Assembly: GCA_003402345.1 (NCBI GenBank)
Contig: QFXH01000010.1
Coordinates: forward strand, 5,409 to 69,408
Length of the DNA stretch: 64,000 nt
Source: Candidatus Nitrotoga sp. MKT
GTDB taxonomy: Bacteria; Pseudomonadota; Gammaproteobacteria; Burkholderiales; Gallionellaceae
Direction of reading: 5' to 3'
Position numbers and translations under genes: made by a program. How positions within the stretch are numbered: position 1 is the stretch's first letter; each line of letters begins with the position of its first letter. Below, piece after piece: positions 42,608-53,042 of this stretch. The notes under the pieces are model-generated. The model saw nothing but the letters and a program-made list of their open reading frames with translations. It was not told where the DNA came from and did not search any database.

Positions 42608-43792
42608 TTGTCCGTAATCAAAATGACTGATTTGGATCTCAAGGGCAAACGTGTCCTGATCCGCGAAGACTTGAATGTTCCCCAAGCCGATGACGGCACC
42701 ATAACCGATGATACCCGCATCCGGGCAAGCATGCCTACCATCCAGCATGCCGCGCAGGCAGGTGCCAAAGTAATGTTAATGTCCCACCTCGGCCGTCCTG
42801 AAGAAGGCGTATATTCCGAAGCTGATTCCCTAAAGCCTGTAGCCAAGCGTTTGTCTGACTTGTTGGGTAAAGAGATACGGGTAATTAAAGATTGGCTGGA
42901 TGGCGGCTTTACCATCGCCGATGGCGAAGTCGTACTATTTGAGAACGTGCGCTTCAATAAAGGTGAAGGCAAAAACAACGACGAGCTATCCCAAAAAATG
43001 GCTAAGTTGTGCGACATCTATGCAATGGATGCATTCGGTACCGCACATCGCGCGCAGGCTTCCACCCACGGTGTGGCGAAGTATGCACCAGTGGCATGTG
43101 CTGGCCCACTACTGGCAGCAGAACTGGAAGCATTGGGCAAGGCATTGAAAAGCCCGGCTCACCCCCTGATCGCCATCGTCGGCGGTTCTAAAGTTTCAAC
43201 CAAGTTGACCGTATTGGAATCGTTGTCCCACATCGTGGATCAATTGATCGTCGGTGGCGGCATTGCCAATACTTTCATCAAAGCGGCTGGTTATAACGTC
43301 GGTAAGTCGCTATATGAACCGGATCTTGTCGCCGAAGCCCAGCGTTTAATACAAGCCGCCAAGACCAAGGGCGGATCGATTCCAGTACCCACCGATGTGG
43401 TCGTAGGTAAGAAGTTCGATGCCAATGAGCCAGCCGTGATTAAGAACGTGGCTGATATTACCGATGATGATATGATTTTTGATATTGGCCCCGAAACTGC
43501 CCAGACTTATGCAGCCTATCTGAAGAACGCCGCAACCATCGTATGGAATGGCCCAGTAGGCGTATTTGAATTTGACCAGTTTGGCGCCGGCACCAAAACG
43601 CTAGGTATGGCGGTTGCGGAAAGTCCCGCATTTTCTATCGCTGGCGGTGGGGATACGTTGGCGGCGATTGCCAAATACGAGATCAGTGATCAAGTAAGCT
43701 ATATTTCCACGGGTGGCGGTGCATTTCTAGAATTCCTCGAAGGCAAAAAATTGCCAGCGGTGGAAATTCTTGAGCAACGTGCCACGAAGTAA
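42608..43792 (+). CDS. pgk: phosphoglycerate kinase
   Basis: [41 protein letters not shown]; TTG start behind GGAG. Confidence 0.97.
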   Translation: MSVIKMTDLDLKGKRVLIREDLNVPQADDGTITDDTRIRASMPTIQHAAQAGAKVMLMSHLGRPEEGVYSEADSLKPVAKRLSDLLGKEIRVIKDWLDGGFTIADGEVVLFENVRFNKGEGKNNDELSQKMAKLCDIYAMDAFGTAHRAQASTHGVAKYAPVACAGPLLAAELEALGKALKSPAHPLIAIVGGSKVSTKLTVLESLSHIVDQLIVGGGIANTFIKAAGYNVGKSLYEPDLVAEAQRLIQAAKTKGGSIPVPTDVVVGKKFDANEPAVIKNVADITDDDMIFDIGPETAQTYAAYLKNAATIVWNGPVGVFEFDQFGAGTKTLGMAVAESPAFSIAGGGDTLAAIAKYEISDQVSYISTGGGAFLEFLEGKKLPAVEILEQRATK

Positions 43793-43808
43793 ATAAGACG
43801 AGAAATTT

Positions 43809-45248
43809 ATGTTACGCAGAACCAAGATTGTTGCCACTCTGGGACCAGCCTCCAGCGACCAGAAAGTACTGGAGAAAATGATACTTGCTGGCGTGGATGT
43901 GGTGCGCATGAACTTTTCCCATGGTACAGCGCAGGATCACGTGGCGCGTGTTGAAAAAGTGCGCGCTGCAGCGGCTGCATGTGGCCGTATTATAGGGATT
44001 CTTGCCGACCTGCAAGGTCCCAAAATTCGGGTGGGAAAAATTGAAAATGACAAGATCATTCTCAAACAAGGGGATACTTTTATTCTGGATGCGGAATGGA
44101 CCGGCCTCGGCAATCAAGAACGAGTTGGCCTCGACTACAAGAACTTACCTAAGGATGTCAGCAAAGGTTCAGTGTTGTTACTGAATGATGGCATGCTGGA
44201 ATTCGATGTAACTGAAGTTAAGGGCGCGCAAATTATCTGCAAAGTAGTGTGCGGCGGTGTGCTGTCAAACAACAAGGGCATTAATCGCAAGGGCGGCGGT
44301 TTGACTGCACCCGCGCTTACCGACAAGGACAAGGAGGACATTAAGACTGCAGCCCTAATTAAAGCGGATTATCTGGCGATTTCCTTCCCGCGCTCGGCTG
44401 ATGACATGAAATTGGCGCGCAAGCTGATGCATGCGGCTGGCGGCAAAAGCTTATTGATGGCTAAAATTGAGCGTGCCGAAGCCATTGCCGTACTGGACGA
44501 AATTATTGATGCATCCGACGCTATCATGGTGGCTCGAGGCGACCTTTCCGTGGAAGTGGGAGATGCAGCCGTGCCAGGCTTGCAAAAACGCATGATCCGT
44601 ATGGCGCGTGCCAAAAACAAGCTGGTTATCACTGCCACACAGATGATGGAATCCATGATCACTAACCCGATTCCTACCCGTGCGGAAGTATCGGACGTGG
44701 CAAATGCAGTACTAGATGGCACCGATGCGGTAATGCTATCAGCAGAAACTGCGGTGGGCGACTATCCCATCGAAACCATAAAATCCATGGTGCGGATCTG
44801 TATTAACGCGGAAAGTGAAATGGAAGATATCGCCACCAGTCACCGTCTGCTACAAACGAAGTTCGCACGTATCGATCAAGCTATCGCCATGTCTGCGCTA
44901 TATGCAGCTTCTCACTTTACGATCAAAGCGATTGTGGCGCTGACCCAGTCCGGTTCGACTCCTCTGTGGATGTCCCGTATGAATGCAAGGGTACCGATTT
45001 TTGCGTTAACGCCAACTGAATCAACCTTGAGTAAGGTAACTCTATTCAGCGGAGTACATCCGATTGCGTTTAACACTACCTCGAAACTTCCTTCAGTAGA
45101 GTTGCGCGCAGCGGAGGACGAACTGGTACGTTTGGGATTAGTGCAAGACGGTGACATGATTGTGATGACAATAGGTGAAGCCGTTGGCAAGGCTGGCTAT
45201 ACCAATACCATGAAAATTGTTCGGGTAGGCGATCACCGTAAGCACTGA
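43809..45248 (+). CDS. pyk: pyruvate kinase
   Basis: RRTKIVATLGP, DLQGPKIR, KIER, MVARGDL, TQMMESM. Confidence 0.97.
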   Translation: MLRRTKIVATLGPASSDQKVLEKMILAGVDVVRMNFSHGTAQDHVARVEKVRAAAAACGRIIGILADLQGPKIRVGKIENDKIILKQGDTFILDAEWTGLGNQERVGLDYKNLPKDVSKGSVLLLNDGMLEFDVTEVKGAQIICKVVCGGVLSNNKGINRKGGGLTAPALTDKDKEDIKTAALIKADYLAISFPRSADDMKLARKLMHAAGGKSLLMAKIERAEAIAVLDEIIDASDAIMVARGDLSVEVGDAAVPGLQKRMIRMARAKNKLVITATQMMESMITNPIPTRAEVSDVANAVLDGTDAVMLSAETAVGDYPIETIKSMVRICINAESEMEDIATSHRLLQTKFARIDQAIAMSALYAASHFTIKAIVALTQSGSTPLWMSRMNARVPIFALTPTESTLSKVTLFSGVHPIAFNTTSKLPSVELRAAEDELVRLGLVQDGDMIVMTIGEAVGKAGYTNTMKIVRVGDHRKH

Positions 45249-45338
45249 TAAATTGAAGCGCGGCTCAGTTTTCCCGTACACTGCCAGATTCTATTTTTGA
45301 TTTTGTTTGATAACTTTTAAATTTGCTAGGAGAAAAAA

Positions 45339-46403
45339 ATGGCTCTTGTTTCATTACGCCAGCTGCTGGATCATGCAGCCGAGAACGGATACGGCTTGCC
45401 CGCATTCAACGTCAATAATTTGGAACAGGTCAAGGCAATCATGGAGGCAGCGGATGAAACTAACAGCCCAGTGATTATGCAAGGCTCCGCTGGCGCCCGC
45501 AAATATGCAGGCGAAGCTTTTTTACGCCACTTGATTCTCGCTGCTGTAGAAACTTATCCGCACATTCCAGTAGTCATGCACCAAGATCATGGTGCCTCCC
45601 CGGCTGTTTGTATTAACGCCATTCGTTCCGGATTCTCCAGCGTAATGATGGATGGTTCCCTAAAAGAAGATGCCAAAACTCCATCCTCTTATGAATACAA
45701 CGTTGAAATAACAAGTAAAGTTGTCGATATTTCCCACGCGGTCGGCGTATCCGTTGAAGGTGAGCTGGGTTGCTTAGGCTCACTTGAAACCGGCATGGGC
45801 GAACAAGAAGATGGGCAAGGCGCAGAAGGCAAACTAGATCACTCGCAACTACTTACCGATCCAGAAGAAGCAGCCGATTTTGTCAGGAAAACTGGGGTAG
45901 ATGCACTGGCCATAGCAATCGGCACCTCGCACGGTGCATACAAATTCACCCGCCCACCCACAGGTGACACTTTAGATATTAAGCGTATCAAGGCGATCCA
46001 CGCGCGCATCCCCAATACCCACTTGGTAATGCATGGATCTTCTTCTGTACCACAAGAATGGTTGAAGATTATTGACCAATTTGGCGGCGACATGGGAGAA
46101 ACCTATGGCGTGCCAGTTTCGGAAATAGTCGAAGGTATCAAACATGGCGTGCGAAAAGTTAACATCGACACAGACCTACGCATGGCATCTACTGGTGCGG
46201 TACGTCGTCACTTGGCACAAAACCCCAAAAATTTCGATCCACGTAAATTCTTAGCAGAATCAACTATAGCCATGAAGGAGATTTGCAAGGCACGTTATGA
46301 AGCCTTCGGTTCTGCTGGCCAAGCTTCGAAAATAAAAGCTTTATCACTGGATGCGATGGCCATTAGGTACACCAAAGGTGAGCTCAAAGCTATCGTCAAA
46401 TAA
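45339..46403 (+). CDS. fba: class II fructose-bisphosphate aldolase (CbbA-like)
   Basis: [41 protein letters not shown]. Confidence 0.96.
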   Translation: MALVSLRQLLDHAAENGYGLPAFNVNNLEQVKAIMEAADETNSPVIMQGSAGARKYAGEAFLRHLILAAVETYPHIPVVMHQDHGASPAVCINAIRSGFSSVMMDGSLKEDAKTPSSYEYNVEITSKVVDISHAVGVSVEGELGCLGSLETGMGEQEDGQGAEGKLDHSQLLTDPEEAADFVRKTGVDALAIAIGTSHGAYKFTRPPTGDTLDIKRIKAIHARIPNTHLVMHGSSSVPQEWLKIIDQFGGDMGETYGVPVSEIVEGIKHGVRKVNIDTDLRMASTGAVRRHLAQNPKNFDPRKFLAESTIAMKEICKARYEAFGSAGQASKIKALSLDAMAIRYTKGELKAIVK

Positions 46404-46421
46404 TTCAATGTAAATACAATT

Positions 46422-46449
46422 AAAAAAGCGGTTTTCGAACCGCTTTTTT
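46422..46449. terminator. bidirectional rho-independent terminator
   Basis: AAAAAAGCGG-TTTTCGAA-CCGCTTTTTT. Confidence 0.8.
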
Positions 46450-46489
46450 CTTATCCCCAGAATTCCCTGTTTTTTATCAAACATCCTCT

Positions 46490-47050
46490 CAAGAAACACA
46501 ATATTAAAGTAGGCTCTAAGCACCGACTGGCTTTTGTGAAGTGGGGTGGCCTCTAACCGCAAAGAAGACTGAGCGGCGCGATTAGTTGTGGGCTTGGATG
46601 TGCCTGAGCGTATTTTACCCCCGGAAACTTTAGTCCTAACCAAGGTGTAAAACACTTCACAATCAAAACGGGTAGGTTCGCACATCGAATTGCGGTGCAT
46701 TTTTGGAGTTCGATGCACATCGCGCCCGGATCACTATCATCATCCCCGATGATGTCTGAAACCAGGTTGGCCAGTTACACATTCATCCGGATTAACGCTT
46801 ATTGCATGTACTGTTGCAGCCACGTGCAATCGAAAACATCTGGCTTGTGGCTGGAGACATTTTACCTGTCATGCATTGGATTCACGGCCAATCCACGCGC
46901 TATGGGAATCCCGTAGTACGGTCGATGCCCCATTGCCACCGTATACACGCCGCAGCGCATTAGCCAGTCCGCCCACTCCTCCAGGTCTTCTATAAAACGT
47001 TTAAACTCCCGGCTCACATCTCGCCGCATCGCGTGCCTATCAAACGTATT
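46490..47050 (-). pseudogene. eroded IS110-family transposase
   Basis: Collinear fragments: REF..FIEDLEEWADWL..CGV.TVAM; NVS.HK.DV.DC.WLQQ; MNV*LANLVSDIIG; VK.FT.WLGL; TKVSGGK...NRAAQ..RL.A..L..SQS.L.AYF. Confidence 0.85.
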
Positions 47051-47139
47051 GCGACCGAAGGCCGGTTACTACGTTTATTTCATGTTGGAAGAGGCTGGAG
47101 TAGTTTGACCACCGAGGGTATTTCTGTTAAATTGAAAAC

Positions 47140-47316
47140 ATGGATAGCAATGAATTTAAACAATGGCTTGTTAAGCAAGGCGCTACATTTCAGCCAGGCC
47201 AAGGAACTCATATCAGGGTGTTTCTTAATGGTCGTCAATCAGTTCTGCCGATGCATGGCACAGAACTGAAAATTGATACTATTGAATATATTAAAAAACG
47301 GCTAGGGTTGAATTAG
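47140..47316 (+). CDS. hicA: HicA-family toxin (58 aa, missing from the ORF track)
   Basis: Hand translation MDSNEFKQWLVKQGATFQPGQGTHIRVFLNGRQSVLPMHGTELKIDTIEYIKKRLGLN; directly upstream of hicB. Confidence 0.85.
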   Translation: MDSNEFKQWLVKQGATFQPGQGTHIRVFLNGRQSVLPMHGTELKIDTIEYIKKRLGLN

Positions 47317-47326
47317 GGAGCTTGCG

Positions 47327-47596
47327 ATGTTTGAATATCCAGTGGACTTGATACCTGCCAAGGATGGCGGATTTGTCGTAACTTTTCCCGATGTACCGGA
47401 AGCCATTACCCAGGGCGATGATAGGGACGAAGCACTGCAGTATGCCAGTGAGGCGCTGGAAACCGCACTTGGTTTCTATATAGGCGATCGTCGTCAGCTA
47501 CCCTTGCCCTCCCTTGCAGCCGGGCGTCCCACTGTTACGCCCGATGCAATAGTAATTGCCAAAATGATTTCAAACTGGTTATCTCTAAAGAAATAA
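47327..47596 (+). CDS. hicB: HicB-family antitoxin, C-terminally truncated
   Basis: YPV.L.....GFVVTFPDVPEAITQGDD.DEAL..A.EAL...L..Y; ends where the DNA-binding domain normally starts. Confidence 0.85.
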   Translation: MFEYPVDLIPAKDGGFVVTFPDVPEAITQGDDRDEALQYASEALETALGFYIGDRRQLPLPSLAAGRPTVTPDAIVIAKMISNWLSLKK

Positions 47597-47753
47597 CCAA
47601 GAGTGGTGGGGTTTAAGAAACAGAATAGGCATTTTGCTTTATGCAAAAGGTTTATGACGAATCAAATTCAACACTCCAACTTCGCTATTTCTCGCATAGT
47701 ATTACTTCTTCGTTGGAATAGCGTCAATTCAGTTTTCTGACATAATCCCAGTA

Positions 47754-48941
47754 TTAAACTGCCACGCGCAATACAAGTCCCTTGAGATATGCGCCTTCCG
47801 GGAAGTTCAATAATATCGGGTGATCCGGCGCGGCATGCAGTTTGTGTATTATGTGCGCAGTTACTCCAGCGTCCAAGGCAGCACCGGCAATAATTTTTTG
47901 GAATAGGTCATCATTTATGCCGCTGGAACATGAATAGGTGGCGAGCAATCCTCCCGGTCTAAGCAGCTTGAAGCCTAACAGGTTAATATCCTTGTAGCCA
48001 CGCGCAGCTTTTTCGGCGAAAGCTGCGGTAGGTGCAAATTTGGGTGGATCAAGAATAATTAGATCGAATTTTCGATTCTGGTCACGCAGCTTGCGTAGTG
48101 TCTGGAACACGTCGTCACATTGCCATTCAGCGCAGCTGGCATCCAGCCCATTAAGTTCCACATTACGCTGTGCCAATTGCAGCGCTTCATTCGAAGAATC
48201 AATTGATAGCACTGATTTCGCGCCGCCACGCAGTGCATACAGCGAGAAACCGCCGCTGTAGCAAAAGCAATTCAAAACATCCTTGTCTTGCGCCAGGGTT
48301 CCAATCAGTTCACGGTTGTCACGCTGATCGAGATAGAAGCCCGTCTTCTGCCCGAGTGCTACATCCACGGCAAAATGCAACTTATGTTCAACAATGGATA
48401 ACGATTCGGGCAAGTTGCCACGTAATACGTTATTACGTTCCGGCAAGCCTTCTAATGCACGTGAGTCAGAATCAGAACGCTCGTAAATACAAACCGGATT
48501 GCACATCTCTTGCAGTATGTCAGCGCAAGTGTCGCGCCAACGTTCCGCTCCCGCACTGCCAATCTGCATAACCAGCACATTACCATATTGATCTACTATC
48601 AGCCCGGGCAAACCATCAGATTCACCATGGATCAGGCGCAAGCCAGTACTATGTTGCGCCAGTTTGAGATCTTTGCGCAATGCCAGTGCATGGGTGATTT
48701 TCGTGCGGAAAAAATCTACATTAATGCTTTGCTCCGCATTCCATGACCACACTCGCGCAGCAATTTGTGAATGTGCATTGTATGCGGCATGGGCGATAAA
48801 AGCGCCTTGTGTAGAGTATATCTGTACTGTGTCACCATCAGCAGGTGAGCCTTCCACACGTTTAATTGCTCCGGAAAATATCCAGGGATGACGACGCAGA
48901 AGGGATTTCTCCCTTCCTTCCTTGAGAATAATTTTATTCAT
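47754..48941 (-). CDS. rlmI: 23S rRNA m5C1962 methyltransferase-like protein
   Basis: RRHPWIFSG PUA domain, GQKTGFYLDQRDNR, VLNCF.YSGGF, LDPPKF. Confidence 0.9.
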   Translation of the reverse strand: MNKIILKEGREKSLLRRHPWIFSGAIKRVEGSPADGDTVQIYSTQGAFIAHAAYNAHSQIAARVWSWNAEQSINVDFFRTKITHALALRKDLKLAQHSTGLRLIHGESDGLPGLIVDQYGNVLVMQIGSAGAERWRDTCADILQEMCNPVCIYERSDSDSRALEGLPERNNVLRGNLPESLSIVEHKLHFAVDVALGQKTGFYLDQRDNRELIGTLAQDKDVLNCFCYSGGFSLYALRGGAKSVLSIDSSNEALQLAQRNVELNGLDASCAEWQCDDVFQTLRKLRDQNRKFDLIILDPPKFAPTAAFAEKAARGYKDINLLGFKLLRPGGLLATYSCSSGINDDLFQKIIAGAALDAGVTAHIIHKLHAAPDHPILLNFPEGAYLKGLVLRVAV

Positions 48942-49861
48942 GAAGTTTTCTTTTTGGCCCGCGGATGCGCGGCATCGTAAATTTTACTGAGATATTGGAA
49001 ATCAAGATGAGTGTAAACCTGCGTAGTAGAAATGCTGGTATGGCCGAGCATTTCTTGCACTGCCCGTAAATCTCCGCTGGATTGCAGCACATGTGAGGCG
49101 AACGAATGGCGCAACAAGTGCGGGTGAACGCCGCTGGTGATGCCCTGTTTGATGCCCCAGCCAGACATGCGTAATTGCACCGCGCGCGAACCAATGCGGC
49201 TACCATTGCGATTAACGAACAACGCCGTTTCATCCTGTTTGGCCAATTGTCCGCGCAGTGTCAGCCAAGCTTGCAGCGCGGAAATCGCATAGCGACCCAG
49301 CGGTACGATGCGTGTCTTGGCACCTTTACCGACAACGCGTACAGCTGCATCTGCAAAATCAAGCGCAACAGGATCGAGGCTTACTAGCTCTGCCAAGCGC
49401 AGACCGGAAGAATAAAATAACTCAAACATCGCTTTATCACGCACCGCCAGAATGTCGCCTGCTGTGGGTAGTTCCATCATACGTACAGCTTCGTCCGGGG
49501 AAAGTGCATGCGGCAGATTGCGCGCTGATTTGGGCGCACGCAGCCCGATACACGGGTTGTCTTTAAACTGGTGGTCGCGTATTAGATAAGAATAAAAACT
49601 ACGCCATGCCGACAGCATACGCGCCAAACTCTTGCCACCCAAACCGCCACCATGCAATTGGGCTACAAAACGGCGAATTTGATGGTTTTTTAGTTCGTTT
49701 AGTGGTGTAACACCAGCAAGCTTAAACAAACGGCAAATATCGCGGGAGTAATTTTCCGCAGTCAGTGGGGAGTAACGGCGCTCGTTACGCAGATGATCGA
49801 GAAATCCGTGCAGTGCAACTTGGTTAAAAGCGGTAGCCTGCTGCACGGTGCTGTTTATCAT
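48938..49861 (-). CDS. xerC: tyrosine recombinase XerC
   Basis: YSSGLR..EL, GKG.K.R.VP, HPH.LRHSFASH, LGH..ISTTQVYTH; dapF-DUF484-xerC order. Confidence 0.93.
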   Translation of the reverse strand: MINSTVQQATAFNQVALHGFLDHLRNERRYSPLTAENYSRDICRLFKLAGVTPLNELKNHQIRRFVAQLHGGGLGGKSLARMLSAWRSFYSYLIRDHQFKDNPCIGLRAPKSARNLPHALSPDEAVRMMELPTAGDILAVRDKAMFELFYSSGLRLAELVSLDPVALDFADAAVRVVGKGAKTRIVPLGRYAISALQAWLTLRGQLAKQDETALFVNRNGSRIGSRAVQLRMSGWGIKQGITSGVHPHLLRHSFASHVLQSSGDLRAVQEMLGHTSISTTQVYTHLDFQYLSKIYDAAHPRAKKKTS

Positions 49862-49865
49862 CGTT

Positions 49866-50486
49866 TTATAGCGAAGGACGTAGCGCACTGCTCACAATTT
49901 CCGCAATACGCTGCAGAAACAAAGTACCCATGCCGGGATAAAAGCGCTGCGCATCTTCACTAGCCAATATTAACAGACCGATGGATTGCTCATCCGTCCG
50001 CAGCGGTAAATAAGCAAATGAATGCAAATGAACCGCGCTTTCACCAAACCAGGCCAAAGTGTCATGAAGAGCGTGATGAACACAGACGGGTTGTAGTTGC
50101 TGATCCACAAAAGTAAGTACTTCCAAGCTAGGCGGTAACCCTTTCCAGATATGCAGTACAACATGTGGCACGGCAAAAATTTCACGCAAATTCTGCGTAA
50201 TGACATTTTGCAAACTCATTAGGTCACGCGCACCAAATAACGCAAGGGTGAATTGATGCACTTTTTGCTGTAATGAGTCGTTTTCCTGAGCAAACCTTAC
50301 CATCTCGTGCAGTTTTTTTTCCAGGCTTTTGTTCTGCTCACGCAAAGTCAGTAACTGCCGCTCATTTAATGAAATGGTACGTCCGCTATACGGATGGGGG
50401 ATAGTGACTTCCGCTAACATATCAGCGTGATCTTCAAAGAACTGGGGATTATTTTGTAAATATAGTGCGATATCTGCGGATTTCAT
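49866..50486 (-). CDS. DUF484 family protein
   Basis: YL..NP.FF, ISL.ERQ...LR, L.S.D..RF.PGMGT.FL; position between dapF and xerC. Confidence 0.88.
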   Translation of the reverse strand: MKSADIALYLQNNPQFFEDHADMLAEVTIPHPYSGRTISLNERQLLTLREQNKSLEKKLHEMVRFAQENDSLQQKVHQFTLALFGARDLMSLQNVITQNLREIFAVPHVVLHIWKGLPPSLEVLTFVDQQLQPVCVHHALHDTLAWFGESAVHLHSFAYLPLRTDEQSIGLLILASEDAQRFYPGMGTLFLQRIAEIVSSALRPSL

Positions 50487-50495
50487 GTCGTCCTC

Positions 50496-51326
50496 TTATA
50501 AATTTATTTCACCTTCAAATACAGCAATCGCTGGTCCGGTCATAAATACCGGTGTGCCGTTTCCGGCCCAAGCTATGTTTAGCACCCCACCGCGCGTGGC
50601 AACATTCACACGCGCGTCCAATAGGCCGCGACGGATGCCGGTTACCACTGCGGCGCATGCGCCAGTGCCACAGGACAAAGTTTCACCAGCACCGCGTTCA
50701 TACACGCGTAATTTGATGTGTTGATGATCTACTATCTGCATGAAGCCTGCATTCACCCGTTGCGGAAAACAAGGGTGATGTTCAATGAGCGCCCCCTGTG
50801 TGATAACTGGTGCATGTTCCACATCAGTCACCACCTGTACCGCATGTGGATTGCCCATCGATAGTGCCGTAATCTGCACTGTTTCGCCCGCTATTTCTAG
50901 CGTTTGGATAACAGCATCATTACTGCCAAGAAATGGAATACGTGCAGCCTCAAAAATCGGCGCACCCATATTTACTGTAACTTGACCATTGTCCTCAAGG
51001 CGCGGTGTAATCAAGCCATTTTTTGTTTCTACCACGATTTCACGCTTGAGCGTCAGTTTTTGATCGTGCACAAAACGCATAAAGCAGCGCGCGCCATTGC
51101 CACATTGTTCCACCTCGCCACCATCACCATTGAAAATGCGGTAACGAAAATCCGCGTCGGGATGCTGAGCAATTTCCACTAACAAGATTTGATCGCAGCC
51201 CACGCCAAAGTGCCGATCGGCTAACAGGCGCAACTGCTCCGGTGTCAGCTGGACACGCTGGCGTAATCCATTGAAGACTACGAAATCATTACCGGCACCA
51301 TGCATTTTGGTGAATTTTAGTCTCAT
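50496..51326 (-). CDS. dapF: diaminopimelate epimerase
   Basis: [42 protein letters not shown]. Confidence 0.97.
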   Translation of the reverse strand: MRLKFTKMHGAGNDFVVFNGLRQRVQLTPEQLRLLADRHFGVGCDQILLVEIAQHPDADFRYRIFNGDGGEVEQCGNGARCFMRFVHDQKLTLKREIVVETKNGLITPRLEDNGQVTVNMGAPIFEAARIPFLGSNDAVIQTLEIAGETVQITALSMGNPHAVQVVTDVEHAPVITQGALIEHHPCFPQRVNAGFMQIVDHQHIKLRVYERGAGETLSCGTGACAAVVTGIRRGLLDARVNVATRGGVLNIAWAGNGTPVFMTGPAIAVFEGEINL

Positions 51327-51612
51327 CTCTTCGTCTCTATTAATTCCAAATGCCTAAAGTAATCCATTGTGTGCTGGTTTGCCATGCCAGTTGCCCGTAT
51401 CCCTTAGCAAAGACTTTTATGCGCGCCATGACAGGCAATGGCACTTGATGTCGAATTGGCCGAAAGCTGACGGGTAGTTTAGCCGTTTTTCAAAAATGGC
51501 GGTGCAGCTCAGCCCCACCTGCGCGCATCCTTATCGCACCGCAATACGCGTCATTCTTGGTCATAACAAACCCGGTACAGTTTATCCCGCATAAGCTTAC
51601 GTATTCCTAATG

Positions 51613-52407
51613 CTAAATAAATTTTATTAACAAATGTGTCGCCAATGCCAGCATCAGTATTGCGAAAAGTTTACGCAATAGCCCAATCTTCATGCGATGC
51701 GCCACCTTCGCGCCAAACGGCGCAGTAATAACGCTAGCAAGTACGACCCACAATAACGACGGTAGGTACACGAAACCCAGGTTAGGAGAGGGTAGTGCAT
51801 AGGAACTAAGACCCATAACAATGTAGCCTATTGTGCCACCTATGGCGACCGGAAAACCGATCGCCGCAGAGGTACCAATTGCATTGCGTATTGGCACATT
51901 GCACCAAATTAAAAACGGGACTACAACCGTACCGCCGCCAATAGATACCAGGCTGCTGATCCAGCCGGTGAACATACCCGTTAGCGTCATGCCGGTCATG
52001 CCAGGTAATTGACGTAAGGCTTGCGGGCGCAATTCAAACAAAATTTGAATTGCTGCAAAATATACAAATAAAGCAAAAAATATTCCTAGTCCACGTGGCG
52101 AAACAGATGCGGCGCATAGTGCACCCAGTGCTGTTCCGAACAAAATGCCAGGAGTTATAGTACGAACCACGGCCCAGTTCACCGCACCATGCTGGTGGTG
52201 TTTGCGCATACTAGCGAGGGATGTAAACAGAATGGTTGCCATCGAGGTACCCAGCGCCAGATGCATAACATAAAGGGCAGGGAAGTGCTGCATTTTGAAC
52301 AACATCAGCAAAACTGGCACCAAAATGGTTCCGCCGCCAATGCCGAACATTCCGCTAAATAACCCAACCAATGCACCCAGCGCAAGATAGGCAAAAGCCC
52401 ATTCCAT
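51613..52407 (-). CDS. sulfite exporter TauE/SafE family membrane protein
   Basis: SGMFGIGGG...VP, A.GTS, IGGG...VP, GYV.LP pattern; about 8 TM segments. Confidence 0.88.
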   Translation of the reverse strand: MEWAFAYLALGALVGLFSGMFGIGGGTILVPVLLMLFKMQHFPALYVMHLALGTSMATILFTSLASMRKHHQHGAVNWAVVRTITPGILFGTALGALCAASVSPRGLGIFFALFVYFAAIQILFELRPQALRQLPGMTGMTLTGMFTGWISSLVSIGGGTVVVPFLIWCNVPIRNAIGTSAAIGFPVAIGGTIGYIVMGLSSYALPSPNLGFVYLPSLLWVVLASVITAPFGAKVAHRMKIGLLRKLFAILMLALATHLLIKFI

Positions 52408-52408
52408 A

Positions 52409-52873
52409 TTAATCGCGTACCAGATGCTTCAAAATGAACCTCCACTCAGCAGGATCAACCGGTGTGATGGACAATCGGTTGCCCCGTTGCAAAACACGCA
52501 TGCCTTCTAATTGTGGATGACGGCGCAGCTCTGCCAATGAAATGGGTTCAATTTTCTTTACCCATTGCACATCTACATTAAACCACCGCGGCGTTTCCTG
52601 CGTGGCCTTGGGATCGAAATATTTGCTATTACGTTCGAATTGGGTTGCATCGGGATAGGCAGTGCTGGAAACGCGCGCAATGCCTGCAATGCCTGGTACA
52701 GCGCAATTAGAATGATAGAAAAATACCGCGTCGCCTTCGCACATCTGATCGCGCATGAAGTTACGTGCCTGATAGTTACGGACACCGTACCATGCCACTG
52801 TCTTGTCGGGCAAGTTAGCGAGGTCATCAATGCTAACGTCGCTCGGTTCAGACTTCATTAGCCAGTAACGCAT
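52409..52873 (-). CDS. EVE domain protein
   Basis: YWLMKSEP, W.GVRNYQARN, FFYHS, YFDPK, RLSI.PV...EW. Confidence 0.93.
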   Translation of the reverse strand: MRYWLMKSEPSDVSIDDLANLPDKTVAWYGVRNYQARNFMRDQMCEGDAVFFYHSNCAVPGIAGIARVSSTAYPDATQFERNSKYFDPKATQETPRWFNVDVQWVKKIEPISLAELRRHPQLEGMRVLQRGNRLSITPVDPAEWRFILKHLVRD

Positions 52874-52935
52874 ATCAATTCCTCGTTTTTCCTTAAAACA
52901 CCTGATATTGCTGGCTGTGCCTTGTTGTATTCAAT

Positions 52936-52964
52936 TTGACAATTCCTGAGTATTCCCGTAAATT
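52936..52964 (+). promoter_or_regulatory. sigma70 promoter of the integrase
   Basis: TTGACA-17 bp-TAAATT. Confidence 0.7.
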
Positions 52965-53036
52965 CCCACCCAATCCGGTTAAAAACCCCACCCAGAATCC
53001 CACCCAAAAAACTCCCACCCAATTCCACCCCAGAAT
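52964..53036. repeat. clustered CCCACCCA repeats, probable integrase arm-type sites (left end)
   Basis: TCCCACCCAA at 52964 and 53013, CCCACCCAGAATCCCACCCAA at 52987, variant at 53024. Confidence 0.75.
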
Positions 53037-53042
53037 AAAACC

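Noticed and set aside
52874-52960. 6S RNA (ssrS) or tRNA fragment as the attachment site
   Set aside because: No recognisable ssrS or tRNA sequence; any target copy would lie beyond the window end
52964-53036. CRISPR-like array
   Set aside because: Units are about 10 bp with no unique spacers and no cas genes; better explained as integrase binding sites
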